Positions 11,095 to 20,351 of a stretch of 64,000 nucleotides of DNA are shown in pieces; within the stretch, counting starts at the first letter, position 1, and each line of letters opens with the position of its first letter. The DNA lies in NCBI GenBank assembly GCA_049472315.1, contig JBLIRN010000016.1, positions 1 through 64,000 on the forward strand. Direction: 5' to 3'. The notes beneath the pieces are model-generated. The model was not told where the DNA came from. It worked only from the letters and a program-made list of their open reading frames with translations, and did no database searches. This DNA is from a bacterium. GTDB lineage: Bacteria; SZUA-182; DTGQ01; JAFGSM01. Both the position numbers and the translations under genes were made by a program.

Positions 11095-11977
11095 GTTCCG
11101 TGGTTCCTGTTTTTTGGTTTTTCAATGCACCGATCAAAAAGGGTTCCGCATTATACGAACTGCGGACAAAGGGCGCGGACTCGACGTGGCGGAAGCCCAT
11201 CCGCAGACCCTGCTCCTTCAAGGCCACGAATCGTTCAGGGGTGATGAAGCTATGCACCGGTATATTGTCCCTCGTTGGCTGAAGATATTGGCCGATGGTC
11301 AGGATATCACACTTGTTGAGCATCAGGTCCTTCATAACCGCCAGCACCTCCTCCTCGGTTTCGCCCAGCCCAACCATCAAACCGGATTTGGTGATGATGT
11401 TCGAATTGATCCTTTTTGCCATCTTCAGCACCTTGAGGGACTTTTCATAGTTGGCCTTGTATCGCACCTTCGTATAAAGCCGCGGCACCGTCTCGATGTT
11501 ATGGTTAAAGATGTTGGGATTGGCATCGAGCACGGTATGTATGGACTTCCTGCATCCGTTGAAATCGGGGACCAGCACCTCTATGGTTGAATTCGGATGT
11601 TGCTTGGATACCTCAAAAACCGTATGGGCAAAGAGGAGTGCCCCGCCGTCGGCCAAATCATCGCGGGCCACGGAGGTGATGATGGTATGTTTGAGTCCCA
11701 TCATCCTCGCGGCCTGTGCAACCTTCCGTGGCTCGTCGAAATCGACCTTTCTGGGTTTTCCCTTTTCTATTGCACAGAATGTGCAGTCCCTGCTGCACAC
11801 ATTGCCCAGTATCATAAAGGTGAGCGTCGGCTTTGAAAAACACTCGCCGATATTAGGGCATTTGGCAGCCTCGCATACCGTGTTGATATTCAGGTCGCTT
11901 AAAATGGCCTTGATTTCGTACACCTTCTCCACTGCGATCTTTTTCTTCGTCCGTGCCGGGAAACGCTCGGTTGCCAT
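11048..11977 (-). CDS. lipA: Lipoyl synthase
   Basis: [12 protein letters not shown] auxiliary-cluster motif, radical [22 protein letters not shown]; overlaps alaC by 47 nt. Confidence 0.95.
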   Translation of the reverse strand: MATERFPARTKKKIAVEKVYEIKAILSDLNINTVCEAAKCPNIGECFSKPTLTFMILGNVCSRDCTFCAIEKGKPRKVDFDEPRKVAQAARMMGLKHTIITSVARDDLADGGALLFAHTVFEVSKQHPNSTIEVLVPDFNGCRKSIHTVLDANPNIFNHNIETVPRLYTKVRYKANYEKSLKVLKMAKRINSNIITKSGLMVGLGETEEEVLAVMKDLMLNKCDILTIGQYLQPTRDNIPVHSFITPERFVALKEQGLRMGFRHVESAPFVRSSYNAEPFLIGALKNQKTGTTEHGTIPAYKETAAVRI

Positions 11978-12630
11978 AAAAGTGCCCTTTGTAGAATCGC
12001 CAAGGTGATGATGTATACAGCAGGTTTAGTAATGGAGGAGATCGCTCCTACGTAACAGGCCTTTAATATGTTGAATTATATATTAAAATATGATATTGCC
12101 CAACGCAATGCGGTGGGACTACAGCAACCTATCAAAAGGGGGGTGTGTACCTCCTTGAATCCCTGATATATGAATTTTAATGATAGACAGATTCCCGAAG
12201 ATTGTCAAGGTATCTATCTCCCCCCAGGATCAAACGTCGAATCGATTCTCGTTCCGGGCCTCATCAGGTTTCTAACAGACATCAACTCCCCCAGAGGCGG
12301 ATCTCTCCGTGAACTCTGTGTTCTGGGGAGAAGATGGTCAATTCTGACCGTGCAAGATATAGTATTGACAGTGTTTGGACATGGTCGCTTACGCCTTCCT
12401 GCTCGGGATTTTCTCTCCGGTTCAACTCAATGAGCATATTTGTATAGTTATATGGAGTGTCGCTTCCAGGCATCACGAACAACGTGCTGCAAAGCAGCTT
12501 GTACATGGCAAAGGCGCAGGGAACTACCCCTTTCTTCAAGGCCATATCTGGACAGGAGAGAAAAAGTATGATAAAAACTATCAAATTGATGCCTTATCAG
12601 GCACTGAATCGGTAAGGAGCAGGTGCACGG

Positions 12631-13584
12631 ATGGCCGGAGCAGCACATAAGCAATGGGAGTTACTCATCATTGGCGGAGGTCCCGCCGGACTTACGGCCG
12701 GGATTTATGCCACCAGGAGTGGTCTTACCACCCTCTTGATTGAAGGCTCATGCATCGGGGGACAGATTATCAAGACCGATCGGATAGAGAATTATCCCGG
12801 TTTTCCCCATCCGATAAAGGGAGCCGAGCTTATGGAGGGGATGAGGCAGCAGGCGGAGGGGTTCGGATTGGAAGTGCGGGAGTTTGCCAAGGTCGTTTCC
12901 ATTGTTACAGGGAGCGGTTTTAGCGCAGGTCTGGAAAACGGGGAAACACATCGGTCCGATGCGATTGTTGTGGCTACGGGCACCGAGTATCGGGATCTCG
13001 ATGTCCCTGGTGCCGAACGATTGAAGGGAAGGGGTATTTCCTATTGTGCGACCTGCGACGGGCCCTTTTTCAAGGATGAACCTATCCTGGTCGTGGGCGG
13101 GGGAAATGCAGCCATAGAAGAGGCCATCTATCTTACCCGGTTCGCCTCCGTCGTATATATCGCCCATCGAAGGGACAGGTTGAGAGCGGATAAGGTGCTT
13201 CAGGACAGGGTCTTCGCCGAGAAAAAGATAACAATGCTTTGGAACAAGGTGATTCACGAGGTGGTCGGATCCGAGAGGGTGGAGGGGGTGGTACTTGAGG
13301 ACGTCGCCACCCGGGAACATTCCGAGCTTTCGGTTTCCGGGCTGTTCGTCTACATCGGAACCACTCCCAACACGCAATTGTTGAAGGGTATTGTGAAACT
13401 CGATGATCAGGGGTATATTATCACAGATCAGCAGACGGCCACCTCCTGCCAAGGGATCTTTGCAGCCGGCGATTGCAGACAGAAATCCCTTCGACAGGTT
13501 GCCACTGCGGTAGGAGAAGGTGCCCTGGCAGCGACCGCTGCGTATGAATATATCCAGGAACGTCAGGGGAATCAGGGGCGATGA
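12631..13584 (+). CDS. trxB: Thioredoxin reductase
   Basis: GGGPAG, IENYPG, CATCD, GGGNAA, AAGD. Confidence 0.97.
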   Translation: MAGAAHKQWELLIIGGGPAGLTAGIYATRSGLTTLLIEGSCIGGQIIKTDRIENYPGFPHPIKGAELMEGMRQQAEGFGLEVREFAKVVSIVTGSGFSAGLENGETHRSDAIVVATGTEYRDLDVPGAERLKGRGISYCATCDGPFFKDEPILVVGGGNAAIEEAIYLTRFASVVYIAHRRDRLRADKVLQDRVFAEKKITMLWNKVIHEVVGSERVEGVVLEDVATREHSELSVSGLFVYIGTTPNTQLLKGIVKLDDQGYIITDQQTATSCQGIFAAGDCRQKSLRQVATAVGEGALAATAAYEYIQERQGNQGR

Positions 13585-13668
13585 TCACGTGCCCTGTCCA
13601 GGAAATCGTGAATGCATTGTTCCACGACGGCGCAGTCCTTTAACATTTTTATCAGGAAAGATGTGATT

Positions 13669-14673
13669 ATGGAACAAGAAGCGACAAAGGCAGCCCTTAC
13701 GATGCCCGAATGTGTGAACGAACTGATCGGCCACAAGCTCAGTCAGGTCGAGGAATGCATATGTACCTTACTCAAATCGAAGAATCCCCTCCTCACCAGG
13801 ATAGGATCATATATATGCTGCAGCGGCGGTAAACGGATCCGGCCGATTTTTCTCCTCCTTGCCGCTCAAGTGTCGGGATATGCAGGGGATCGGGATGTTT
13901 TTTTGGCCAGCATCATCGAATGTATTCATGCCGCGACCCTTTTGCACGACGATGTCGTTGATCATGCCGCATTCAGGAGAAAGAGCCCGTCCGCAAACAA
14001 GCTCTGGGGGAATCATCTCCCGGTATTGGTCGGTGATTACCTCTACGCCAAATCCTTTTATTGGCTTGTTGATGACGGCGATTATGCCGTCATGTCCACG
14101 GTTTCATCCGCAACCGCCAACGTAACGGATGGCGAGATATTTCAACTCCATAAAACGGGGGTTGCCGATCTTTCGGAAGAGGAATATATGTATATCATCA
14201 CCAACAAGACCGCCTCCCTTATTGCGGCGTGTTGCAAGATAGGGGGAATATTGGGCGGACTGAGCACCGCCATGGTGGAGACATTGGAATCATTCGGCAC
14301 TCAGGTGGGGATCGCCTTTCAATTGGTGGACGATGTCCTGGACTTCCTTTCCCATGAAGAGAAACTGGGTAAGCCCACCGGAAACGATCTCCGGAGCGGG
14401 AACGCCACGCTCCCCCTCATCCGGACACTTTCCCTCGTCGGTAAGGAGGATCGGGCCAGGGTCAGGGAATATATGAAGGAACCGCCCATGAACCGTACGA
14501 ACCTGGAATGGACCCTCAACCTGGTCAGGGAACACAGGGGCGCTGAATATACATTGGAACGGGCCCGTCAGTATATAAGGAACATAAAAAAGGCCCTCGT
14601 CGATTTTGAGGATTGTGCGGCAAAAACGGCGCTCTTGTCGGTTGCAGATTACATTGTGGAAAGAGACTTCTAA
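13669..14673 (+). CDS. Polyprenyl diphosphate synthase
   Basis: GGKRIRP, LLHDDVVD..RR, KTA, FQLVDDVLD; ATG 13669 chosen as start. Confidence 0.93.
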   Translation: MEQEATKAALTMPECVNELIGHKLSQVEECICTLLKSKNPLLTRIGSYICCSGGKRIRPIFLLLAAQVSGYAGDRDVFLASIIECIHAATLLHDDVVDHAAFRRKSPSANKLWGNHLPVLVGDYLYAKSFYWLVDDGDYAVMSTVSSATANVTDGEIFQLHKTGVADLSEEEYMYIITNKTASLIAACCKIGGILGGLSTAMVETLESFGTQVGIAFQLVDDVLDFLSHEEKLGKPTGNDLRSGNATLPLIRTLSLVGKEDRARVREYMKEPPMNRTNLEWTLNLVREHRGAEYTLERARQYIRNIKKALVDFEDCAAKTALLSVADYIVERDF

Positions 14674-14680
14674 CCGTTTC

Positions 14681-15733
14681 GTGAGTAGGTCCGTTCGTGT
14701 AAACCTATCCCGCCTGCTGTATCCTGCCCTGTGTGTACTGTTTCTTCTTGTGACATCCCTTGCGTGTCTCAACCGAAATGCCTCCAACGGAATCCACCGC
14801 CGAACCCAGTTTCTCCTGGGAACCGTGGTGGAGGTCACTGCGGTATCCAACGACCCTGTTGTTGCAGACGCTGCCATAAGTTCCGCCTTCCAACGAATGA
14901 GGGACATCGAGGCCGAAATGAGTGCCAGACTCCCCGGGAATCAGGTGGATAGAATCGGCAAGCATGCAGGGAAAGGTCCAGTGAGGGTTTCCATGGAATT
15001 GCTCGCGGTGATCGAGACATGCCAACGCTATTCCGCACTCACCCATGGGGCCTTTGATATCACCATCGCTCCGGTAACCAGGTTATGGAAGTTCGACGCC
15101 CCCACCACCATGATCCCATCCGCAGAAGATGTGAATGCCGCCCTTTCATTGGTGGGATTTGAAATGATTCACTTCGATAGCAACGAAGGAACCATATCGC
15201 TTGATCGTCCGGGCATGGGACTGGACCTGGGGGGGGCTGCCAAGGGATACGCGGTGGATGAGGCGGTACGGAGACTCAAGGAGTCGGGGATTACGGCAGG
15301 GATCGTCAATGCGGGTGGAGATCTGAGATGCTTCGGCATGAAACCGGATGGTACGTCCTGGCATATCGGCATCCAGGACCCGCGGCACCAGGACAGGATT
15401 ATCGGCTCAATCCTTCTCGACGATATGGCATTGGTGACCTCCGGGGACTACGAGCGGTACATCGTCCATGAAGGGGTTCGCTATCATCACATCATAGATC
15501 CGAAGACAGGCTGGCCTGCACAGGGATGCATGAGCGTTTCCGTTGCATCTGCGTCGGCATTGGATGCGGATATATTGTCAACCGCGATCTTTGTCCTTGG
15601 CCCGCAGCAGGGAATGGAGATTCTCGAACGTCTTCCCGGCATTGACGGCATGATTGTGGATGCCAATGGCCGGGTTTCCATCTCATCCGGGTGGCAAAAG
15701 AGATTCAGACTCCACGGCGGTCCTTCATCATGA
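14681..15733 (+). CDS. apbE: FAD:protein FMN transferase (ApbE/FmnB), predicted lipoprotein
   Basis: Lipobox-like SLAC; GAFDITI, DLGGAAKGYAVD, NAGGD, TSGDYER, HIIDPKTG; start codon uncertain. Confidence 0.93.
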   Translation: MSRSVRVNLSRLLYPALCVLFLLVTSLACLNRNASNGIHRRTQFLLGTVVEVTAVSNDPVVADAAISSAFQRMRDIEAEMSARLPGNQVDRIGKHAGKGPVRVSMELLAVIETCQRYSALTHGAFDITIAPVTRLWKFDAPTTMIPSAEDVNAALSLVGFEMIHFDSNEGTISLDRPGMGLDLGGAAKGYAVDEAVRRLKESGITAGIVNAGGDLRCFGMKPDGTSWHIGIQDPRHQDRIIGSILLDDMALVTSGDYERYIVHEGVRYHHIIDPKTGWPAQGCMSVSVASASALDADILSTAIFVLGPQQGMEILERLPGIDGMIVDANGRVSISSGWQKRFRLHGGPSS

Positions 15734-16125
15734 ACGGCGCTCCCATCAGATTCCTGAGGAAAACCCTTACCCGGGCGGACCTCGTCGTGATCGTACTGCT
15801 TTCAATCGGCACCCTGTTGAGTTTTTCATTGTGGTGCACGAGGGAGGCGGGGCATAGGGTCGTGATCGTGGTCGACGGAAGGGAAACAGGGACCTTTTCG
15901 CTTGATTCCGGTCACACGACGCTGCAGTTCGAGGGGGCGAAGGGGCCCTTTTCCATTGAAATAAATGACGGCAGGGTGAGAATGAAGGATTCGACCTGTC
16001 CGGGCAAGTGCTGCGTTGAGATGGGATGGATCGGATGTGAGGGCCAGATGATCTGCTGCATCCCGAATCGCGTGATTCTTAAAATCATTGGCGGCACGGA
16101 GGCATATGATGCCCTGGCACGGTGA
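15730..16125 (+). CDS. NusG domain II-containing membrane-anchored protein (Lin0431-like)
   Basis: N-terminal TM helix, STCPGKCCVEMGWI and ICCIPNRV; ATGA overlap with the apbE stop. Confidence 0.85.
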   Translation: MNGAPIRFLRKTLTRADLVVIVLLSIGTLLSFSLWCTREAGHRVVIVVDGRETGTFSLDSGHTTLQFEGAKGPFSIEINDGRVRMKDSTCPGKCCVEMGWIGCEGQMICCIPNRVILKIIGGTEAYDALAR

Positions 16126-16696
16126 ACGGCATATTTCTGCGGCATGGAACCAGAGGCATCAAAGGCTGGTGTTTCTCTCCATGATGGTTGCCTTGGCCAT
16201 GGTCCTCCAGATACTGGAGAGCATTCTCCCTAACCCTGCCCCGTGGATTCGACTGGGGCTTGCAAATGTGGTGATCCTGATAGTCCTGAGCATATACGGG
16301 ATACGAGAGGGTCTCATGGTGACAGGACTTCGGGTAGTCCTCGCTGCAATCCTTCTCGGTACGATTTTCGGCCCAACCTTTTGGCTCAGTCTAAGCGGCG
16401 GTATTGCCAGCACCATCGTCATGGGGATGGCACTCCTTCTTTTCCCCCGAACCTTCAGCCTCATAGGGGTAAGCGTCATCGGCTCCTATACCCACAACCT
16501 GGTTCAATACGCCGTAGCCTCCCTGTTCATCATCCGTCAGCCTGAATTGAGGTATCTTCTACCGGTCCTTCTTGTTACTGCGCTTGTTGCGGGCATAACC
16601 ACCGGCGTTGCCGCGTGTCTGATCCTGAGCATGCTTGAAAGGCATTCCCTCCGAAATTTTCCATTTTTTATGAATACTAAGAATGGAAATATATAA
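16106..16696 (+). CDS. Gx transporter family / heptaprenyl diphosphate synthase component I-like membrane protein
   Basis: LESILPNPAPWIRLGLAN, SLSGG, GVSVIGSYTHNLVQ; hydrophobic; start uncertain (16088/16106). Confidence 0.85.
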   Translation: MMPWHGERHISAAWNQRHQRLVFLSMMVALAMVLQILESILPNPAPWIRLGLANVVILIVLSIYGIREGLMVTGLRVVLAAILLGTIFGPTFWLSLSGGIASTIVMGMALLLFPRTFSLIGVSVIGSYTHNLVQYAVASLFIIRQPELRYLLPVLLVTALVAGITTGVAACLILSMLERHSLRNFPFFMNTKNGNI

Positions 16697-16719
16697 TTAA
16701 AATATATAATCGATCGTTA

Positions 16720-16748
16720 TTGACTTTTTTCTATTTTTATAATAAAAT
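16720..16748 (+). promoter_or_regulatory. Candidate sigma70 promoter upstream of the exported-protein array
   Basis: TTGACT-17 nt-TAAAAT in an AT-rich tract. Confidence 0.45.
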
Positions 16749-17255
16749 TATAAAAGAGACGGGTATAAACGGAATCGTTCTATAGTTTAATCTCGATGGG
16801 TCTAATTCCCCGAAGCATGTTTCAATACACTAAAACCCTCTGGTGATACCATGAGGTGTGCTGCAGGGAGGCTACCTGGCGAATGAGGTTATCGTTTTTC
16901 CACCTTTGATAAGAATTGGAAGCATATATACTATTGAATATCAGAGAGAGGTTAGAGGGATTTATTACAGCGATTGACAATTGCCTGACAGTAGCGTAGC
17001 GCCTACATTATGCAATAGATAGGGAACCATGCAATGTATCCACTATGTGTAACCGGAGATGTCATCGACCTGACGTTCTCCGGGTTTCCGAATTCCTTCC
17101 CAGGCTTTACCAGTCATCAAGCTCACTGAGAAACCCTTTAACATTCTCCACAGAGTCCGATTGCGGCCATGAAGAATAGTCTCTTGTTCGCCGGATGAAT
17201 AATCCTTTTTTGATTACTGCCCGTATCTTCCCGGGCGGTCAGGGCAGGAGGTGAT

Positions 17256-17300
17256 ATGGTGAAGAGAGTAATCGACAAAAGAGGTTTGGTTGGATTGTAA
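17256..17300 (+). CDS. Putative small upstream ORF, 14 aa (MVKRVIDKRGLVGL)
   Basis: Near-perfect SD AGGAGGTG directly upstream of the ATG. Confidence 0.35.
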   Translation: MVKRVIDKRGLVGL

Positions 17301-17344
17301 TCGAGCGATACATGGACTGAAGAAATCCAGGGAGGTGGAATACT

Positions 17345-17716
17345 ATGAAAGGCAATGTATTAGCAGCAATTATTGGATCCGTTATAATCATGGTCCTTAT
17401 TTTTGCATCTGCGGTCCCTTGTTCATCCCAGTTTCTCCCCTATCCATTTTGGATGCCGATAAATCCGTTTTTTTCGCCGACCTTTGGCCTGTTCCCGGCT
17501 GTTTCTCCGGCAACCGCATTTTCTCCCCTGCCGTTCAGCCCGGTGCCGAGTCCTTACACCGCATTGCCTTCGCTTATAAGTAGAAATGCGGCGGCGACGT
17601 TAGTCGTGCTGCCGCCGGCTGCACCTGCGGTGACCGCCTACGCACCCTTGGGAACGCTCAATCTCACACCGTCCACCCTGGTGTTCCTGATACTCTACTT
17701 GACACTTGCGGAATAG
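17345..17716 (+). CDS. Exported Pro/Phe-rich hydrophobic protein, array member 1
   Basis: SD GGAGG; signal peptide ...PCSS|QFLPYPF; motif RNAAATL; hydrophobic C-terminus. Confidence 0.85.
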   Translation: MKGNVLAAIIGSVIIMVLIFASAVPCSSQFLPYPFWMPINPFFSPTFGLFPAVSPATAFSPLPFSPVPSPYTALPSLISRNAAATLVVLPPAAPAVTAYAPLGTLNLTPSTLVFLILYLTLAE

Positions 17717-17858
17717 GCGGCGGAGGAATGCACATGGGACGGAAATTCCCATCCTTACATAACAATGTTTCAGCCCCTTGTTTGTCCATACTCATACGAG
17801 GTGATGGGTGAGCCTGATGAAGCTGAAATGGACATGCGTTATTGAGAGGTGATTGATA

Positions 17859-18410
17859 ATGAAACTGTCTAAGGGTACCCTGGTTCTTTTTATATGCATC
17901 GTGGTTTGTTGGGGGATGCTGCCTCAACCAGGAACTGCTCAGAGCCCGTTTGGACCCTGGGGGATTCCGTGGCTGAGTAACCCCTTCTATGCCCCGTTTT
18001 CCCTGTACGGTGGGGCATTCCCGCCCTTTTTCGGCAGGAATACGGGATGGGGTTATCCCCTGCAGCCTATCATACCCCCTTCTGCAGCGATCCTTTCTCC
18101 TTACCAGCGCAGGCCGAACGCAACCGTCATTTTCACGGCCCCCACATTGACGGCCGTGAGCGGGGCCGCCCCGGGAGTTATCCTTATCGGTGCAACAGGG
18201 GTGCTGGGTGCAACTGCACCCGTGGTTGCCCCTGCAACGGCGGTCGCCGCAGCAGTGCCTCCCAGCCTCGTAACCGCCGCCGCACCGGCCCCTGCTCCAC
18301 TATTGAGCATACTATCGGTGCTGTATGCCAGCGCCCTGCTTGACGGGAAGGCATTGCTTTCCACGGCCAACCCGCTCCTTTTCGCCTATCTTACGACGCT
18401 GGTTTTATGA
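17859..18410 (+). CDS. Exported Pro/Ala-rich hydrophobic protein, array member 2
   Basis: SD GAGGTG; ...PGTA|QSPFGPW; motif RRPNATV; C-terminus homologous to member 3. Confidence 0.85.
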   Translation: MKLSKGTLVLFICIVVCWGMLPQPGTAQSPFGPWGIPWLSNPFYAPFSLYGGAFPPFFGRNTGWGYPLQPIIPPSAAILSPYQRRPNATVIFTAPTLTAVSGAAPGVILIGATGVLGATAPVVAPATAVAAAVPPSLVTAAAPAPAPLLSILSVLYASALLDGKALLSTANPLLFAYLTTLVL

Positions 18411-18465
18411 GGACCGCTTTTTGACATTGAAGATATATGGAATTGACTAGTAGGAGGTGTCATTC

Positions 18466-18924
18466 ATGATGCGACATGATCGAGAGCTCGCGGTGCTTCT
18501 TTGTGTGCTTTTCCTGTGCCTGGTGTTCGGTATGTGCGGAAGCTCATTCGCCCAGTATCCGTATCCCTTCAACCCGTTTTTCACCTACAATCCCTATTAT
18601 TATCCCTATCTATCGCTGCCGTTTGCCCCTTATCCGTTGATTCCGACGTCTCCATTTCCGGCTTCTCCGCTGATTTCCGCATTGTCTTTGCCTGCTCCGC
18701 GCATCGGTGCTGCAACCATCATAGTCACCAATCCGACTGCGGGGACGGTGAGCGTTTTAAACCCGACTGTTGCATCGGCGCCCGTTTTAAACACGGCGGT
18801 AACGGCTTCTCCGCCGCCATTGCTCTCTATTCTGGGAATTATTTACACCAGTGCGCTCTATGAAGGGGCATTGAGCACGGAAAATCCCCTGATTTTTGCC
18901 CTGCTTCAGAATCTTTTCCTGTGA
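18466..18924 (+). CDS. Exported Pro/Tyr-rich hydrophobic protein, array member 3
   Basis: SD AGGAGG; ...SSFA|QYPYPFNPFF; motif RIGAATI; PLLSILGIIYTSALYEGALSTENPLIFALL. Confidence 0.85.
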   Translation: MMRHDRELAVLLCVLFLCLVFGMCGSSFAQYPYPFNPFFTYNPYYYPYLSLPFAPYPLIPTSPFPASPLISALSLPAPRIGAATIIVTNPTAGTVSVLNPTVASAPVLNTAVTASPPPLLSILGIIYTSALYEGALSTENPLIFALLQNLFL

Positions 18925-18956
18925 GCGTGGGAGGCAGCCGTTTCCATTAGGAGAAT

Positions 18957-19004
18957 ATGGGTATGGCAATGGAACATATGAGAAAGGCAGGTCAGTTGCA
19001 ATGA
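18957..19004 (+). CDS. Putative small upstream ORF, 15 aa (MGMAMEHMRKAGQLQ), stop overlaps the start of member 4
   Basis: SD AGGAG; TGA 19002-19004 overlaps ATG 19001 (ATGA). Confidence 0.35.
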   Translation: MGMAMEHMRKAGQLQ

Positions 19005-19792
19005 GAAGGCATGAAAGGCTCTTTTTCCCCATAATTATTGTAATGTGTGTCTGTATCGGAACTTTCAGGCCAATCCCACTTGGTTCGCAGTTTTCCGGTT
19101 TTACCCTCGCGCCTCCCAATCCTGCGGTGGGATACGGCGGATCATTCAATCCATATGTATTCCTGCCGGGCCTTGGTTTAAAGGCTGCAGCATCCACCTA
19201 TTCGCTGAATTCACTTCTTCCTTTTCCCTTTGGGGGGTTAGGATTCGGGAATTCATTATTCGGACGCCCGGCAACGACCATCGGATTATTCAATCCCTTG
19301 TTCGGTTTCGGCACCTCGTGGGGACGTACACCCTTTGTAGGGGCCTCCCTTGGCACCCCGCTTGCTCTTCCCAGCCTCACTTTGGGGATTTCACCGCTTT
19401 CCGCGTCCCTGGTGCCTGCGGCGAGGGGTGCGGCACAATCAGGCACATGGACCGGCAGTTGGCAGAGCACCTATATCGCCTTTATCGTGCTCTGGAACAG
19501 TGGTCCCATGTATCTGAATATCGTCGAGGACCCGTTGCTGGGGGTGGTGACCGGTACCGCCGCGCTTCAGGGGAGTCGGTATGCGAGCATACCCTTTGCG
19601 GTAGACGGGGTCCTGGTAAACGATACCATAAACCTGACGGGATTTCTTGGAACAGGCTACGATATAATGCTCACGTGCATTTTGACGTCGCCCACCACCA
19701 TGACCGGCTTTTATACGGTGTTGGGAACCACCATTCCGATCATGGATGAGGGGGTCATCAATCTCACCATGAATCCCCCTGTTTTATTGTAA
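19001..19792 (+). CDS. Exported Gly/Pro/Phe-rich protein with C-terminal beta-rich domain, array member 4
   Basis: ...PLGS|QFSGF; motif RGAAQS followed by GTWTGSWQS and alternating beta-strand pattern. Confidence 0.8.
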   Translation: MRRHERLFFPIIIVMCVCIGTFRPIPLGSQFSGFTLAPPNPAVGYGGSFNPYVFLPGLGLKAAASTYSLNSLLPFPFGGLGFGNSLFGRPATTIGLFNPLFGFGTSWGRTPFVGASLGTPLALPSLTLGISPLSASLVPAARGAAQSGTWTGSWQSTYIAFIVLWNSGPMYLNIVEDPLLGVVTGTAALQGSRYASIPFAVDGVLVNDTINLTGFLGTGYDIMLTCILTSPTTMTGFYTVLGTTIPIMDEGVINLTMNPPVLL

Positions 19793-19823
19793 ATTCTCAT
19801 GGTTTGGTTCAGACAGAGGTGAT

Positions 19824-19925
19824 ATGCGCAACAATCGGTATAATCATCGAGAGGTTTGCAGTAGGTTGAACCCTTTGAAATGCGCTCGTGAGAGGACACA
19901 AGAGATATTTCAGAGCGGAGGATGA
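19824..19925 (+). CDS. Putative small upstream ORF, 33 aa (MRNNRYNHREVCSRLNPLKCARERTQEIFQSGG), stop overlaps the first ATG of member 5
   Basis: SD GAGGTG; TGA 19923-19925 overlaps ATG 19922. Confidence 0.3.
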   Translation: MRNNRYNHREVCSRLNPLKCARERTQEIFQSGG

Positions 19926-20335
19926 TTGGTATGAAGGTCTCGTTAATGCTATTTCTGATTTGCACAATTATGCTCATGTGGGTGACGGTATATCCGACGC
20001 TTGTGCATGCACAATTCCTTCCCCCGCTGTCACCCTTTTTTCCGTATCCCTTCTTTTATGTAAACCCATTCCCTTTCTATCCGGTCGGATATTTCGGGTT
20101 CCCGGTGGTCCCCCGCATTGCCGCCTCACCGATTCTGGTGGAGCCCAGCCTGAGGTTTGCCAATGCCCCGGTCACCATAACGCTGCCGTCAGTGACCATT
20201 ACCACTCCACCCTTGACCGCAATCGTCAATCTGCTCGATCCTGCGGTCTTGGCAAGCAACATCGCGGTACTGACCACCAATTTTCCGCTTTTGTACGATG
20301 CATTGATAACCACCTTTCAGTTGCCCGTTATTTAG
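19922..20335 (+). CDS. Exported Pro/Phe-rich hydrophobic protein, array member 5
   Basis: ...LVHA|QFLPPLSPFFPYPFF; motif RFANAPV; alternative start ATG 19931. Confidence 0.85.
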   Translation: MIGMKVSLMLFLICTIMLMWVTVYPTLVHAQFLPPLSPFFPYPFFYVNPFPFYPVGYFGFPVVPRIAASPILVEPSLRFANAPVTITLPSVTITTPPLTAIVNLLDPAVLASNIAVLTTNFPLLYDALITTFQLPVI

Positions 20336-20351
20336 GAATGGAGAGATATAT

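Noticed and set aside
12170..12654. Small ORFs between lipA and trxB
   Set aside because: Mutually overlapping with no motifs; more likely a divergent promoter region
16760..17250. c-di-GMP or other known riboswitch
   Set aside because: I could not find the conserved motifs by eye; left as an unassigned leader
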